From positions 1-55,958 of the IMG/VR virus record IMGVR_UViG_3300043411_001711: a DNA stretch of 55,958 bases. The stretch is one strand, 5' to 3'. Positions 28,357 to 38,894 of this stretch are shown here, piece after piece; the first letter of the stretch is position 1, and each line of letters starts with the position of its first letter. This DNA comes from a virus. Its lineage: Duplodnaviria; Caudoviricetes. Under the pieces are notes generated by a model, which saw only the letters and a list, made by a program, of their open reading frames with translations, did not search any database and was not told where the DNA came from. A program made the translations under genes and the position numbers.

Positions 28357-28814
28357 AAACGCTGACTCACGACACCATTCAGTGTCGCTGGTTAATTCGG
28401 CGAGACATGGACAGAGTCCTGGAACTGGACCGCAAGTGTTTCCGAGATTACTGGAGCGAAGAGGATCACCTGAAACTGCTTCGCAACAGAAACTGCATCG
28501 GGACAGTTTTCGGCGAACGGATTCTCGGCGACGACGAGGTGAAAGGGTTCATGCATTATGAACTCGCAAAAGATCATTTGCACGTCGAACGGTTCTGCGT
28601 CGATCCGGATTATCGTCGCATGGGCCTTGGGAGATCGGCGATGGATCGCCTGAAGAACAAGATGGACTACATGAAGCGGCACTTCATCACGGTCGACGTA
28701 TGCGAAACGAACACAGACGCTCACCTGTTTCTGAGTGCTCAGGAGTTCAAGTGTGAGTCTGTGCTGCACTACCCGGGTGAGCGAGACACTTATCACTTTG
28801 TATGGAGGCTGTGA
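28353..28814 (+). CDS. GNAT N-acetyltransferase, RimI-like
   Basis: RWLIRRDM, W.EED...LR.RNCIG, VDPDYRRMGLG, N..AHLF. Confidence 0.85.
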   Translation: MKTLTHDTIQCRWLIRRDMDRVLELDRKCFRDYWSEEDHLKLLRNRNCIGTVFGERILGDDEVKGFMHYELAKDHLHVERFCVDPDYRRMGLGRSAMDRLKNKMDYMKRHFITVDVCETNTDAHLFLSAQEFKCESVLHYPGERDTYHFVWRL

Positions 28815-28815
28815 G

Positions 28816-29460
28816 ATGAGTATCCTCGAATTCGTCGAGGCCCGGAAGGAGCATGACCGGACCAAACGGAAGCCGATGAAGTGTCAGCCGACGGTGTCCA
28901 TGGAACCCGGCGTAGACCTACTGAACGCGAAGTACGACGAGGTCGTTCGCATTATGCGGTGGTTCATCGGTCACAGAAGAACTCTGGCCTCAGTGGCCTT
29001 CGTCGGTGGCGAAGAGGAGTTGATCCAGACGGCGATGCTCTACCTCATGCGATGGACACCGAAGAAAACCTGCAGCCTGGCCACACGAGTGTGCCACTGT
29101 GTGATGTGGGCGCAGGGCAAGATGATCTACGAGATCAACCGGAAGTTCGAGGCGAAGCACGAACAGGTCGAGGGACGACGGGACAAATGTGTAGTCGATC
29201 CCGAGTTCGCCCGAGTCGATCGCGAAGATCTTGACGGGCACATGTGGCGAACGTGTGCTCGGATGGTGAAGAATGACCGGCAGTTCAGAATTTTGTTCCG
29301 CTACTGGAAAGAAGACGTCGACCAGACCCTCATGGCGGAAGAGCAGAACGTGAGCCGACAGATGATCTCGCTGCTCATGAAGAACGCCGAGAAGAAGCTG
29401 ATGGCAAAGAAGGCGGATTTGGACGAAGTGGAAATGCTGATGTTTGAGAGGAGACGGTAA
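28816..29460 (+). CDS. Sigma-factor-like protein with region-4 HTH
   Basis: EELIQTAML (region-2-like) and QTLMAEEQNVSRQMISLL...AEKKL. Confidence 0.6.
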   Translation: MSILEFVEARKEHDRTKRKPMKCQPTVSMEPGVDLLNAKYDEVVRIMRWFIGHRRTLASVAFVGGEEELIQTAMLYLMRWTPKKTCSLATRVCHCVMWAQGKMIYEINRKFEAKHEQVEGRRDKCVVDPEFARVDREDLDGHMWRTCARMVKNDRQFRILFRYWKEDVDQTLMAEEQNVSRQMISLLMKNAEKKLMAKKADLDEVEMLMFERRR

Positions 29461-29668
29461 TGCGTGGTAGCCAAGAGACAAACGACTCAGGGCCGTTCAA
29501 CTTAGGATTTTCGATCGGAATGATCTGCGGAGGCATGTTGGGTGCATTTCTTACGATGATGTTTTGCAGTTCGCAGGTTGATCAGATGCGATTGAAGTGC
29601 GTAGAAAACGCCGCCGCACACTATGACGCGAAGACCGGGGCGTTTACGTGGAAGAATGAGGTGACGGA

Positions 29669-30220
29669 GTGAAAGTCCTTGTCGCATGTGAATTCAGTGG
29701 GACTGTGCGCAACGCGTTCATCGCCAGAGGCCACGACGCATGGTCCTGCGACCTGCTTACGACCGATAAACTGGGACCGCACATTCAGGGCGATGTCATG
29801 GAAGTTCTCGGCGAAGGATGGGATCTGATGGTTGCTCATCCTCCCTGCACGCATCTCGCTGTCTCCGGCGCCCGTTGGTTCAAGGAGAAGCAAACGGAGC
29901 AGGCTGAGGCTCTGGAGTTCGTCCGCCGGCTTCTGGACGCTCCGATCGAGAAGATATGTCTGGAGAATCCTGTCAGCATCATCAGCAGTCGCATTCGGAA
30001 GCCGAGCCAGGTAATTCAGCCGTGGATGTTCGGACACGGCGAAACAAAGGCCACCTGTTTGTGGCTGAAGAATTTGCCGCTGCTTCAGCCGACGAACATC
30101 GTCGAAGGCCGAGAGGCTCGTGTTCACAAGATGCCACCATCACCAGATCGGTGGAAGTTACGGTCAGTTACATTTCAGGGCATCGCTGACGCGATGGCAG
30201 AACAGTGGGGAAGCTTATGA
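29669..30220 (+). CDS. Short DNA cytosine-methyltransferase-like protein
   Basis: LVACEFSG, SCDL, HPPCT, ENP motifs. Confidence 0.75.
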   Translation: MKVLVACEFSGTVRNAFIARGHDAWSCDLLTTDKLGPHIQGDVMEVLGEGWDLMVAHPPCTHLAVSGARWFKEKQTEQAEALEFVRRLLDAPIEKICLENPVSIISSRIRKPSQVIQPWMFGHGETKATCLWLKNLPLLQPTNIVEGREARVHKMPPSPDRWKLRSVTFQGIADAMAEQWGSL

Positions 30221-30612
30221 ACGGGATCCCGGAAGGCTATGAATTCGTGCGGGTGGGACGGGCGATGCCCAGAGAGATCATCGTCGGTCCCAGTGGAGCG
30301 GCGATGCAGTTGGCGAACGGCAGTGCGTCGAAGAACAACATCGTAATCCGTCTCGCTGTTCCAGCCTGCTCCTGGATGAAGGGCATGTTCCGCGACGGTT
30401 ACCTGACCCATGATGCCGGCAAGGGTATTTGCTGGTGGCGTGACAGGCCGGAATATGACCACGCGAATCAGGCGTGGGTCGGCAACAGCCCAGTTATCGG
30501 TCTTGATCTTGCAAAGCAGACGATGACGAAACCGCCGGGATTCAATACGAGACTGGAAATGCATGACCGCATTCAGCCAGTCGGGCCGAAGTATGAAAGC
30601 ACGATGCCATGA
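30217..30612 (+). CDS. Hypothetical protein with GIPEGYEFVRVG domain
   Basis: ATGA-coupled; similar to 21421-21834. Confidence 0.6.
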   Translation: MNGIPEGYEFVRVGRAMPREIIVGPSGAAMQLANGSASKNNIVIRLAVPACSWMKGMFRDGYLTHDAGKGICWWRDRPEYDHANQAWVGNSPVIGLDLAKQTMTKPPGFNTRLEMHDRIQPVGPKYESTMP

Positions 30613-31103
30613 CTCCGAAATCCGATCGACCTGCTGCTACTCACCGCTTCGAAGGAACACACTGGGATCTGTTCGCAGTGAACCACGAGAAGCGAACGGC
30701 ATGGGTCATCAACGGGGACTGGGAACTCCACTGGGACGAAACGGACTTCTACGCTCGTGTTCATGAGAAGTACGACAACAAAGGCTGGCATGCGAGAGTC
30801 ATTGGATTCCTCGAATGGATCGGGGAAAGGAACGGATCACAACTTCTTGAAGTAGGAACAACGCAATGAATGACTACGACTTCGAAAACGAACTTCCCGA
30901 CGAAGACTTCCATCCCACAGCGTATCACTGGGCGCTCGCTGCCCTCGCTGTGGCACTGAGTGCCGTCGTTGTCTTCGCACTCATTCGCCTCGGGCTGGAA
31001 CTGCATCAGTTTCTTTTTAAGTATCGCTTGCAATAACGTCGATACTTTGTAGACTGCGTGGAGTGTGTTTGCGGGGAATTCATTTTTCAACAGGATGACA
31101 GCG

Positions 31104-31562
31104 ATGAGCGAGATGTACCGAGGGTTGAAGATTCAGCAGGAGTATTTTGGATGGTCTGCCTCCGACGGTAATGCGGACGCAGAATTCGTCGACGGATCGT
31201 GGCGACAGTGCGGCGGCGTTTGCATTCAAACGCTTGGGAGCAAGCAAGATCTGATGCGAGAAGTCGACGATTACTTCGCCGACAAGGCCAACCTGACGTG
31301 GGAGTTCGTCGATGGAGGAACGTGGACGGCGTACAGTTCGGTCGGGGCTCCTGATAATCCGTTCCTGTTTTGCATCGACGTCCTGGAAGACGGAACCTTC
31401 GACGTCAACAAAAGCGACAGCGAACTGATCCCAGCGTTCGACAGTGGTCGGCGATCCTTCACCGTGCTGCAGACGCTACATGATGCGAAGCAACTCTGCG
31501 AAGAAGCCGAGATGAATGCAATCGACCATTCGACCTGTAACACCAAGTACGGCAAAGAGTAG
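31104..31562 (+). CDS. Hypothetical acidic protein
   Basis: Downstream of TTGCAA-16-TAGACT (31028-31055); start uncertain. Confidence 0.55.
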   Translation: MSEMYRGLKIQQEYFGWSASDGNADAEFVDGSWRQCGGVCIQTLGSKQDLMREVDDYFADKANLTWEFVDGGTWTAYSSVGAPDNPFLFCIDVLEDGTFDVNKSDSELIPAFDSGRRSFTVLQTLHDAKQLCEEAEMNAIDHSTCNTKYGKE

Positions 31563-31603
31563 TTTTCACAGTTCCTCACATTTTCAACAGGGAGTTCAGA
31601 GTT

Positions 31604-31972
31604 ATGGCGAATCATTATCTGCTGGTGGGCGTGGCGAGCCGGGATTGGGAGCGGGCACAGGCACAGCCCGCTGCACATGAGCGAGATGGCGACGACGATG
31701 TGAATTTCGTGGGAGAGTTCCTCGACCAGGAAATCACAGCGATGGAGACTGCCGTCGGTGAATTCGGTTGCTACGAGTGCCGCATCGACGAACCGTTGGG
31801 AGACTGCTCGCCACGCCTGATTCAGATTGAGTGTTCCTGGAAGCCTCCGGAACCAGAAGTCCTGGCGAAACTCACAGGCTGGCTCTGTGCGAAGTTCTTC
31901 CTGAAGGCGATCGCGTGGGTCGGGCATGACCCGAAGGATCTCACTGTCAAACATCTGGAGGTGTCGCCGTGA
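31604..31972 (+). CDS. Hypothetical protein
   Basis: GGGAG SD. Confidence 0.6.
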   Translation: MANHYLLVGVASRDWERAQAQPAAHERDGDDDVNFVGEFLDQEITAMETAVGEFGCYECRIDEPLGDCSPRLIQIECSWKPPEPEVLAKLTGWLCAKFFLKAIAWVGHDPKDLTVKHLEVSP

Positions 31973-32465
31973 CGATCAAACTGGATCTCTGGCACAATGC
32001 CGGCTATGTCCTCGGGATACTCAGTGAGGCGATGCCGGTGGGGGAGGTGTCGCTGGTTCGCCGCGGACCACTGTTCTGCTTTGAGTACCATGCGAAGATC
32101 CGGGGAGAGTGGTTCGGCGCAAAGATTGATCTCACCAATCGAGACCTCATGGACCGAGATGTCTGCGGGCGTATGGCCATTAAGGCTGGCTGGAAGTGGA
32201 ACGAAGATGTCAGGAGGCTCCATGACAACGCTTGAAATCATCCTTTTTCTGTGGTGCGGAATCCTGCTGATCACTGCCCACTACGACCAAAAACTGCGAC
32301 GTGAAGCCAGCGATGGCTGGGATGGTTGCATCGAGAAACTCCTGCGGCGGTCGCGGGAGAATCAGGAACTCCGGGCGAAGCTGATCGCCCTGGCCATGCG
32401 AAATGAAGACCTCGAAAACCAGATCTCGGCGATCACGTCGAGACGCTATGAAGGGAACTGAAACG

Positions 32466-33374
32466 ATGAAAAACAAACCAAACGTCGGGCAGTGGTGGGT
32501 CAATGTCGTCGGAGATCCGCCGCGAGTTCACAAGACAGGCATCGTCCTGTTTGTGGGCCGAGACTCGAAGAAACGACTGCTCTGGGAAGATTGCCAGGGA
32601 CACATCGAAACGGATTACAACCTCGACTGGTCCGGATGGCACCATGAGCCGGCGTGTACGGGGTGGGACTGGGTGCCGGAGGTGAAAGAAGAGTTTCCAC
32701 AGTGGTATTCTTACAAGACAGGACCATTCGAGAGCAATAACGACCCGTATTTGGTTCGCGTCGATTCTGCTGGAAAACAGTCGTTCGTTCACAGATCCGG
32801 GAAAGTCGACAACGTCACCTATCCGTACAAACCCAAAGAACTGGTCGAGAACGTTCGTTCTGGAGCATGGAAAAGACTTTCGCAGCAGGAAGCCGACGAA
32901 GCACTTCATCCGCCGAAACTTATTCCCGCCGATGTCGTCAACGCACTGTGCTCCAGTATCCGCAAAGAAACCAAGGCGGAAGTCGTCGAAAGCCCGGACG
33001 ACTGGGTTCCGCAGGATCGGGTGGATTACAGAACAGGAATCGATCAACTGAGGTGGGTTGACTCGAACGGCAGTCCACTCAAGAGCAATCTTGGGCAGTG
33101 GGCGACTCTGCACAACGACGTGTCACGAAAACTTGCGCACGGACTTGAAGACGGCAAGGATCGCCTCGAAGTCCGATGCCGACGCAAGGATCTGCCGGTC
33201 GTTGAGGCAAAGACAACGGCGACCGTGACGGTGTATGAGGTGGTGTATGGGGATGATCTGGGCCGAGAAGTCTACTGCCAGATGTTCGTCGGTGAAGAGC
33301 GACTCAAGTCACTGCAGGATAACTGGAAGTATGTTTCTGTGGTCTCGACGAAAACCGTGGAGGTGATGCTGTGA
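32466..33374 (+). CDS. Trp-rich multi-module hypothetical protein
   Basis: Long ORF in the early operon. Confidence 0.65.
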   Translation: MKNKPNVGQWWVNVVGDPPRVHKTGIVLFVGRDSKKRLLWEDCQGHIETDYNLDWSGWHHEPACTGWDWVPEVKEEFPQWYSYKTGPFESNNDPYLVRVDSAGKQSFVHRSGKVDNVTYPYKPKELVENVRSGAWKRLSQQEADEALHPPKLIPADVVNALCSSIRKETKAEVVESPDDWVPQDRVDYRTGIDQLRWVDSNGSPLKSNLGQWATLHNDVSRKLAHGLEDGKDRLEVRCRRKDLPVVEAKTTATVTVYEVVYGDDLGREVYCQMFVGEERLKSLQDNWKYVSVVSTKTVEVML

Positions 33375-34090
33375 ATTTATCCCGCGATCGACCAATGGGG
33401 CTCGTGAGCCTGGCGAACTACAGCCCAGACGAAGTGGAGGTGATGTTCGGCACGGTCTTCGTGTGCGGATGTCCGTTCGTCGTGACGCAATACGACAGCG
33501 AACCGTCGACGATGTCACCGGGTGGCGAGGATGTCCCGACGGACGTCTGGCAAGGTGCAATTCTTACGGAATGGCGAGGACTGCAGAACACATGGTTCAT
33601 CCGGCGATGCGGTGGCTTCTTCCTGAACGCCGAAGAACAGGATGTCGCGCTCCACGCCGTCGAGGCTTTGAGGAAACTCATGCGGATGGAAGTGGATGAA
33701 GTGACGTATGCGGTTTGCGAACACTTGGCGCAGGGACTCCTGAAGAATGTGGTGGTGCAGGCACGACGACGGTTTCAGACGGAACAGGGGAGGCAGTGAT
33801 GGGTCCATACTGGTGCAATGTCCAGCGAACAAGCGGCGAGCCCACTGAAGCCGGTGAGTTCCTCTGCTCCGACGAGTCCGGTTACGAATGGTCCGTCCTG
33901 GCCTTCGACGCTCAAAGCCACCTCGGGGAACTCTGGTTCAACGAACCCGTCTGCCTGACCGGCGATATGATTGCTGGACTGGAGCGAAGAGACCGCATGT
34001 TCGACGCGGTGAAGAAAACGCTGGAGGCGGAGACTGCGGCGAAGAGTTCCGAGAACGCCTCTTGCAATGGTCCACAAAGGGAGTAGGATG

Positions 34091-34206
34091 CGCGGCGTGA
34101 CGCCTGACCAGAGGTGTTCCCGATGAAAACATTCGACGGCAGACTTGTAAACTGCCTCGAACTGAGAAACCCGCCGCAGGTCTGGTCGCCTGTGTGCGGG
34201 TTTTTC
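34091..34206 (+). promoter_or_regulatory. Structured leader with a terminator-like hairpin and loop-loop complementarity
   Basis: TTGCAA-16-TAGGAT upstream; hairpins at 34103-34114, 34133-34160 and 34166-34206 (ends GCGGGTTTTTC). Confidence 0.55.
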
Positions 34207-34219
34207 GTTGGAGATTGTG

Positions 34220-34501
34220 ATGAAGAAAGCTGAGTGGTTAACGGTAGATCATGTGAAGAGAATGGTCCGGTATGATCCCATCACGGGGATCTTCCGAGAC
34301 CGAAGGGATGGCAGGCTGCTGCGGATCACACGAGGGAGCTTCAGTGCCCGCCGATCCTGCGGAAGACCTTGTCGACTCTGTCCCGGACGATGTGCATGGG
34401 CCATTATGAAGGGCAAACTGCCCGATGAGCCGGTGCACACGAAGGTTCCAGGGGATTACCGGTGGAAGAATCTGGTCCTTGCCAGTAAGAGAAAGAAATA
34501 G
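34220..34501 (+). CDS. Degenerate HNH-endonuclease-like protein
   Basis: LT...VK..VRYDPITGIF N-terminus; H and NL remnants. Confidence 0.45.
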   Translation: MKKAEWLTVDHVKRMVRYDPITGIFRDRRDGRLLRITRGSFSARRSCGRPCRLCPGRCAWAIMKGKLPDEPVHTKVPGDYRWKNLVLASKRKK

Positions 34502-34506
34502 TCGCT

Positions 34507-36819
34507 ATGAAGACTACGGTTGTCGTCGGAATTGCAGGCAGCGGAAAAACTGCCCACGCAATGGGAATCGTCGAAGACCGCGTGAAAGCCGGTATGTCGC
34601 CGTGGCATATCGGCTTCTCGTCCTTCTCAAGGGCGGCGTGTGCGGAGGCGGCTGAGAGAGCTGCAGAAGTCGTCGGAATCGACGCAGGAAGACTGCAGAC
34701 GACGGGGTTCTTCAGAACTCTGCATTCGGTGGTGTTGCGTTGTCTGGGGATTGATGCTAGAGTCATCCTTGATCATGACTCGGCCTCGGGCCAGAAGTTT
34801 ATGACGGAAGTCTTCGGAACCATTCGTGGAGGCGAAGCAGGCACTCTCGGCGCTAAGATCGATGAGGCCTTGAACTGGTGGGATGCTGCTCGGTCGCGAC
34901 TGAACCGATGGGAAACTGGCATCGAACCTGACCTGTCCGAGGCTTGGACAGATGGCGACCACAAGGACACGCAATGGCGACCACAAACTGATTTGTGTGT
35001 CCAGGCTGCTTCACCGCATAAAACACAGGGTTTTTGTAACAAAACGGGTCTGAAATCGTGCTCTGGTTATGACATCGTGATAGATGAAAATTTCACAACA
35101 GTCAATTTGCACAAAACCTTGTGTCCTGGTCGCCAAAATGCCTATCATGATGAGAAATATCAATTAGAACACAGGAAAAACATCGGGACACATTGCGAAT
35201 TTGATTGCTCGCCATGTAGAGAGAATGCGGAGAACTCATCGGATGGAGTTAAGTCGAGTGACGGTAAAGACTTACATCAGAAAACCGAGCTTGGACACAG
35301 TCAAAAAAGCGGGACATTAGGAACAGATGTACATCGCGTTTCTGGTACACAAGGGACAGACGTTCAGGTAGAAGAAGGCATTCTTCAGGTCGTGCGGCTC
35401 TACGAAAATGCGAAGAGACTGCACGGAAGACTGGATTTTCACGACCTTGCGATGAAATTCGCTGGTGTTTCTGCTGACGAGACTGAACTCACGTTCAGGA
35501 AGTGCTACCGAGAGGGGACGACACCGCAGGAAATCGTCCTGTGGATCATAGACGAGTATCAGGATTGCAGTCGTCTTCTGGATCTCTGCGTTGAGAGGCT
35601 CTCAGAGGCCGCTGGAGAGCTTATTCTGCTCGGGGACAGGTATCAGTCCGTCTACGGCTTCGCAGGCTCTGATTGGCGTTGTATGGCGTTCAGGGAGGAG
35701 CAGGCAAAAGCGACGGGTAATCGCATTCTGCTGAACCGGTCATGGAGGAATAGGCAGAAGGTGCTGGATTGGGGAGAGGAGATACTTAGGCAAGACAGGC
35801 AGTATGAGGAACGTAGGCCGATGGCGGTGGATGGAGACTCCAGCGTCGGGATGATCGAGTCGAAGCGACTACTTGAGAATCTGAGCAGTCTGGGAGGAAC
35901 AGACACAATGGTCCTCTGCCGAACGTGGTTCGGCCTGGCCAAGGTGAAGGCTCAGCTCGACGAGCTCGGGATCCCGTGGAGAAGCTGCCAAGAGAAGTTC
36001 CGCAGTCGCTGGGAGGCTCCTGTGAAGATCGCATTCGTGCTGGTGATGCGAGATCTGGCTGCGGGGATGAGGATAAGCGAGCAGGATTGGCGACGAGTGA
36101 CTGAGGAACTACCAGCGAAGCAGGACGGCAAGGAGTTCTTCGTCCGCGGGACCAAAGCGAAGTGGAAGAAGATCGAGTGCAGCCGGGAGCCGCTGAAGAC
36201 TTTGGGTGAGGTTGGGGACTGGGGTGCGACCGAGTGGCTGATCGAATGGATCAGGAAGGGAGAATGGCGACGAGACGCTTATCTGCTGATGGATACGGCG
36301 ATCGATAAGTTCGGCGTCGAAGAAGTCCGGAACCCAAGGCTGCGGCTCGGCAGTTGCCACTCCGTCAAAGGGATGCAGGCCGATAACGTCTTCTGCTTGG
36401 CGACCTCGACGAACAAAGCGAACGACTGCGACTTCTGGGAAGATCTGTTTCTGAAGTACGTGACAGTGACAAGAGCGAGGTTTCACTACAGAGTCGTCGT
36501 CGATCTACTGGACCATGCGAGGGGTCGGGCTTTGTTTCTGCCTTGCCCGCCGGGATATTGGAAGTTCGATCAGGAGATGCCGGATGTCAGGGGAGTCCAA
36601 AGAACAGAAGGACGTGATCGATTGGGTGACGAAGCATCCGGAGGTGTGGCTGGTGAAGTTTACCGCGACAGTGTTCAGCAAGAAGGGAATTCCGGATCTG
36701 ATACTCTGTGTGAGCGGAAGGTTCGTCGCGATCGAGATGAAACGACCCAAGGGCGGGGTGAGATCGCCGCTGCAGAAACGCGAACGAGCGAAGATCTTGA
36801 AGAGTGGTGGAATCTGTGA
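34507..36819 (+). CDS. UvrD/Rep-like SF1 helicase with an internal insertion
   Basis: GIAGSGKT, TLHS, IDEYQD, GDRYQSVYGFAG, LNRSWR, HSVKGMQAD, YVTVTRAR. Confidence 0.9.
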   Translation: MKTTVVVGIAGSGKTAHAMGIVEDRVKAGMSPWHIGFSSFSRAACAEAAERAAEVVGIDAGRLQTTGFFRTLHSVVLRCLGIDARVILDHDSASGQKFMTEVFGTIRGGEAGTLGAKIDEALNWWDAARSRLNRWETGIEPDLSEAWTDGDHKDTQWRPQTDLCVQAASPHKTQGFCNKTGLKSCSGYDIVIDENFTTVNLHKTLCPGRQNAYHDEKYQLEHRKNIGTHCEFDCSPCRENAENSSDGVKSSDGKDLHQKTELGHSQKSGTLGTDVHRVSGTQGTDVQVEEGILQVVRLYENAKRLHGRLDFHDLAMKFAGVSADETELTFRKCYREGTTPQEIVLWIIDEYQDCSRLLDLCVERLSEAAGELILLGDRYQSVYGFAGSDWRCMAFREEQAKATGNRILLNRSWRNRQKVLDWGEEILRQDRQYEERRPMAVDGDSSVGMIESKRLLENLSSLGGTDTMVLCRTWFGLAKVKAQLDELGIPWRSCQEKFRSRWEAPVKIAFVLVMRDLAAGMRISEQDWRRVTEELPAKQDGKEFFVRGTKAKWKKIECSREPLKTLGEVGDWGATEWLIEWIRKGEWRRDAYLLMDTAIDKFGVEEVRNPRLRLGSCHSVKGMQADNVFCLATSTNKANDCDFWEDLFLKYVTVTRARFHYRVVVDLLDHARGRALFLPCPPGYWKFDQEMPDVRGVQRTEGRDRLGDEASGGVAGEVYRDSVQQEGNSGSDTLCERKVRRDRDETTQGRGEIAAAETRTSEDLEEWWNL

Positions 36820-36883
36820 GTTCTGCGAAACGGCGGTTGCTGCGAAACAACTGATTCAGGAGGTGCTGGATGGCCGAAAGTGA
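36584..36883 (+). CDS. VRR-NUC domain nuclease
   Basis: GIPDL, IEMK, SPLQ motifs; AGGAG SD. Confidence 0.85.
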   Translation: MSGESKEQKDVIDWVTKHPEVWLVKFTATVFSKKGIPDLILCVSGRFVAIEMKRPKGGVRSPLQKRERAKILKSGGICEFCETAVAAKQLIQEVLDGRK

Positions 36884-37232
36884 GTTTGAGGAGATGTCGG
36901 TGCGCGATGGGATGGCGATCGTGAACAAGATGAACAAGAACCCACTGTGGCCTGTGACCTCGAGGACACGTCAGAACATCGTCAACTTTCTGGAACAGGT
37001 GATGGACGACTGTGTCGCCGGCAAGGAAGGAGTCGAAGTTAAACATCGAATCAAAGCGGCTGAGGTTTTGCTGGCGGCTCAGGGGCAGAATCTGGTCGCG
37101 GAGAAGATCCAGATTGACCTGCTACGAGGGGAGGGAGGGAACAACGTCGAACAACCGAAAGTCGTGCTGCTTCTCCCACCCAACGGGAGTGAAGCCAAAA
37201 CGGCAGTCGATGAGGAGTCGTCGAAAGTCTGA
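36870..37232 (+). CDS. Possible terminase small subunit
   Basis: Helical RIKAAEVLL segment and C-terminal VVLLLPPNG. Confidence 0.45.
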   Translation: MAESEFEEMSVRDGMAIVNKMNKNPLWPVTSRTRQNIVNFLEQVMDDCVAGKEGVEVKHRIKAAEVLLAAQGQNLVAEKIQIDLLRGEGGNNVEQPKVVLLLPPNGSEAKTAVDEESSKV

Positions 37233-37792
37233 CATAAAGGCAGTGCAATGAAAAAACGGCAGGTTGAGTCCTGCCGTTGTCATTTGAATCTGTTATCGTC
37301 GGGATTCAGCGAGAATCCAAAACCAACCACCAATAGAGCCGAGGCGATTACTTGCGCCTCGACGCTCGCGGGCACAAACACCCATCAAAGCATCACATTA
37401 CGACCCAAGGGTATCAAAGTGATTCTACTGATATCAACGTGACGACAGTGGCGCTGGGTTCGCCGAAATCAATGATGACTGCTTCTGCGACGATGTCAAT
37501 CCCGCTCGGTATCGCCGGCCTCATTCTGCTGTCGCGCTCTCGCTGCTGATCCCGCTCGGGACGCTGACCCGCTTCTGCTACACCTGCTGGCGACCTCATT
37601 CTGCTACCTTCGCTGACTACGCCGCCGGCCTCGACACAGCCGCCACAATCGGAATTGCGGATCTCTTTGTCTTGTTATCTGAATACAAATAGACATTTAT
37701 ATCCGTTCATCCATTGCCCCGGTCGCCTCCCGAGCTGACGCCCGTCTCGATTTCATCATTCCACCATTTTGATATTTTGTAGAAATGATATA

Positions 37793-37820
37793 TTTACACA
37801 TTGTGGACGGTCGATAGAAT
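37793..37820 (+). promoter_or_regulatory. Strong sigma70-like promoter with AT-rich upstream element
   Basis: TTTACA-16-TAGAAT preceded by an AT-rich tract. Confidence 0.55.
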
Positions 37821-38112
37821 AGGGGTGGAAATGACGAACACAACCAAACGGAGAAACGAACATGAACACAGCGAAACGCCCAGGCGGTCCACTACAGCAG
37901 CGAACATCGGTCAAGCTCGTAAACGGAAAGACCGTGACGACGAAAACGCTGTTCACTGACATCGTCAACGATCTTCGGAACGTGACGATTCATTGCACCG
38001 ATGAACACGGAAACGAGTATGAGGCGTTTCACTTGACGATTGATGTGAACCGTAACCTGAAAGCGAATTCTTGGTTCCAGATTTAACCGTTAACACGAAA
38101 GCCCCGAACACC

Positions 38113-38571
38113 ATGAGCACAACGAAACCAACACGATACGCAAAAGACGTTGAGGGTTCACCGCAAATCCTCGTAAAGCTTCGCAAGATGAACGGCGAAG
38201 AGGACAGAACAATCGTCGTCCACGGCAATGACGGCAAATCATTCCGCATCGTTCTTGATGATGTTTACCACGAGATTAGAGAAGGAGAGACGCTGGAACA
38301 GGCGGTGCGCCGTCAACAGGCTGCATGGACTCGCAAAGTCTGGGCGGATATGCCGGAATGCTGGATTGATGACAGTGAACCAAAGCCGACACTGAAGCAG
38401 CAGTTAAAGGCCCTGATTGAAGAGTTCGACGACTACAACCTGATCTATGACACTGTTGCATCTGGAGAACAAGACGACATCAGTGAACGCCAAGACGAGA
38501 TTTTTCGCGAAGTGTTTCACCTCGCCAGAGGCATCGTTGAGGCAGAAGAAACCACCATTGAACCCAAGTAA
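38113..38571 (+). CDS. Hypothetical protein
   Basis: ORF in the putative early block. Confidence 0.55.
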   Translation: MSTTKPTRYAKDVEGSPQILVKLRKMNGEEDRTIVVHGNDGKSFRIVLDDVYHEIREGETLEQAVRRQQAAWTRKVWADMPECWIDDSEPKPTLKQQLKALIEEFDDYNLIYDTVASGEQDDISERQDEIFREVFHLARGIVEAEETTIEPK

Positions 38572-38894
38572 TCCCCTCCCCCCAGTTTTCTAAGAAGGCA
38601 TTGAACACCATGAAGAACAAAACGGAATACCCCGGGAAGCTCGACCCACCGTTAACTGAGACTGCAGTGTTCCACCTCGACAAATTTATCGTCTATAACC
38701 GGCGGCTTCGGCGGATCGTTGAGTCTCAGGGTTCCGACGGCAGGGCGCAGCATGCTTGCGACGTCCTGAATGAACACGCAAGGAACACACAGAACAGCCC
38801 TGTTGACGCATACTTCTTTTTTCAGCGATAGACCTAACCCACCATCGTTCCCCCTGATCTCATTTAATTTCATCATCTCAAGGAACCTCGAAAC

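Noticed and set aside
34930-35365. Helicase insertion as an intein
   Set aside because: No convincing N-terminal block or HN-C/S/T splice junction
36584-36819. Long gene overlaps (also 6602-6711, 10751-10866, 11064-11278) as evidence of recoding or overprinting
   Set aside because: All are in the frame where stops need a T at the third codon position, which is rare in GC3-rich genes; all three stop codons are used normally
37480-37640. Short repeats as a CRISPR mini-array
   Set aside because: Repeats are 8-12 nt, of several kinds and irregularly spaced; no cas genes
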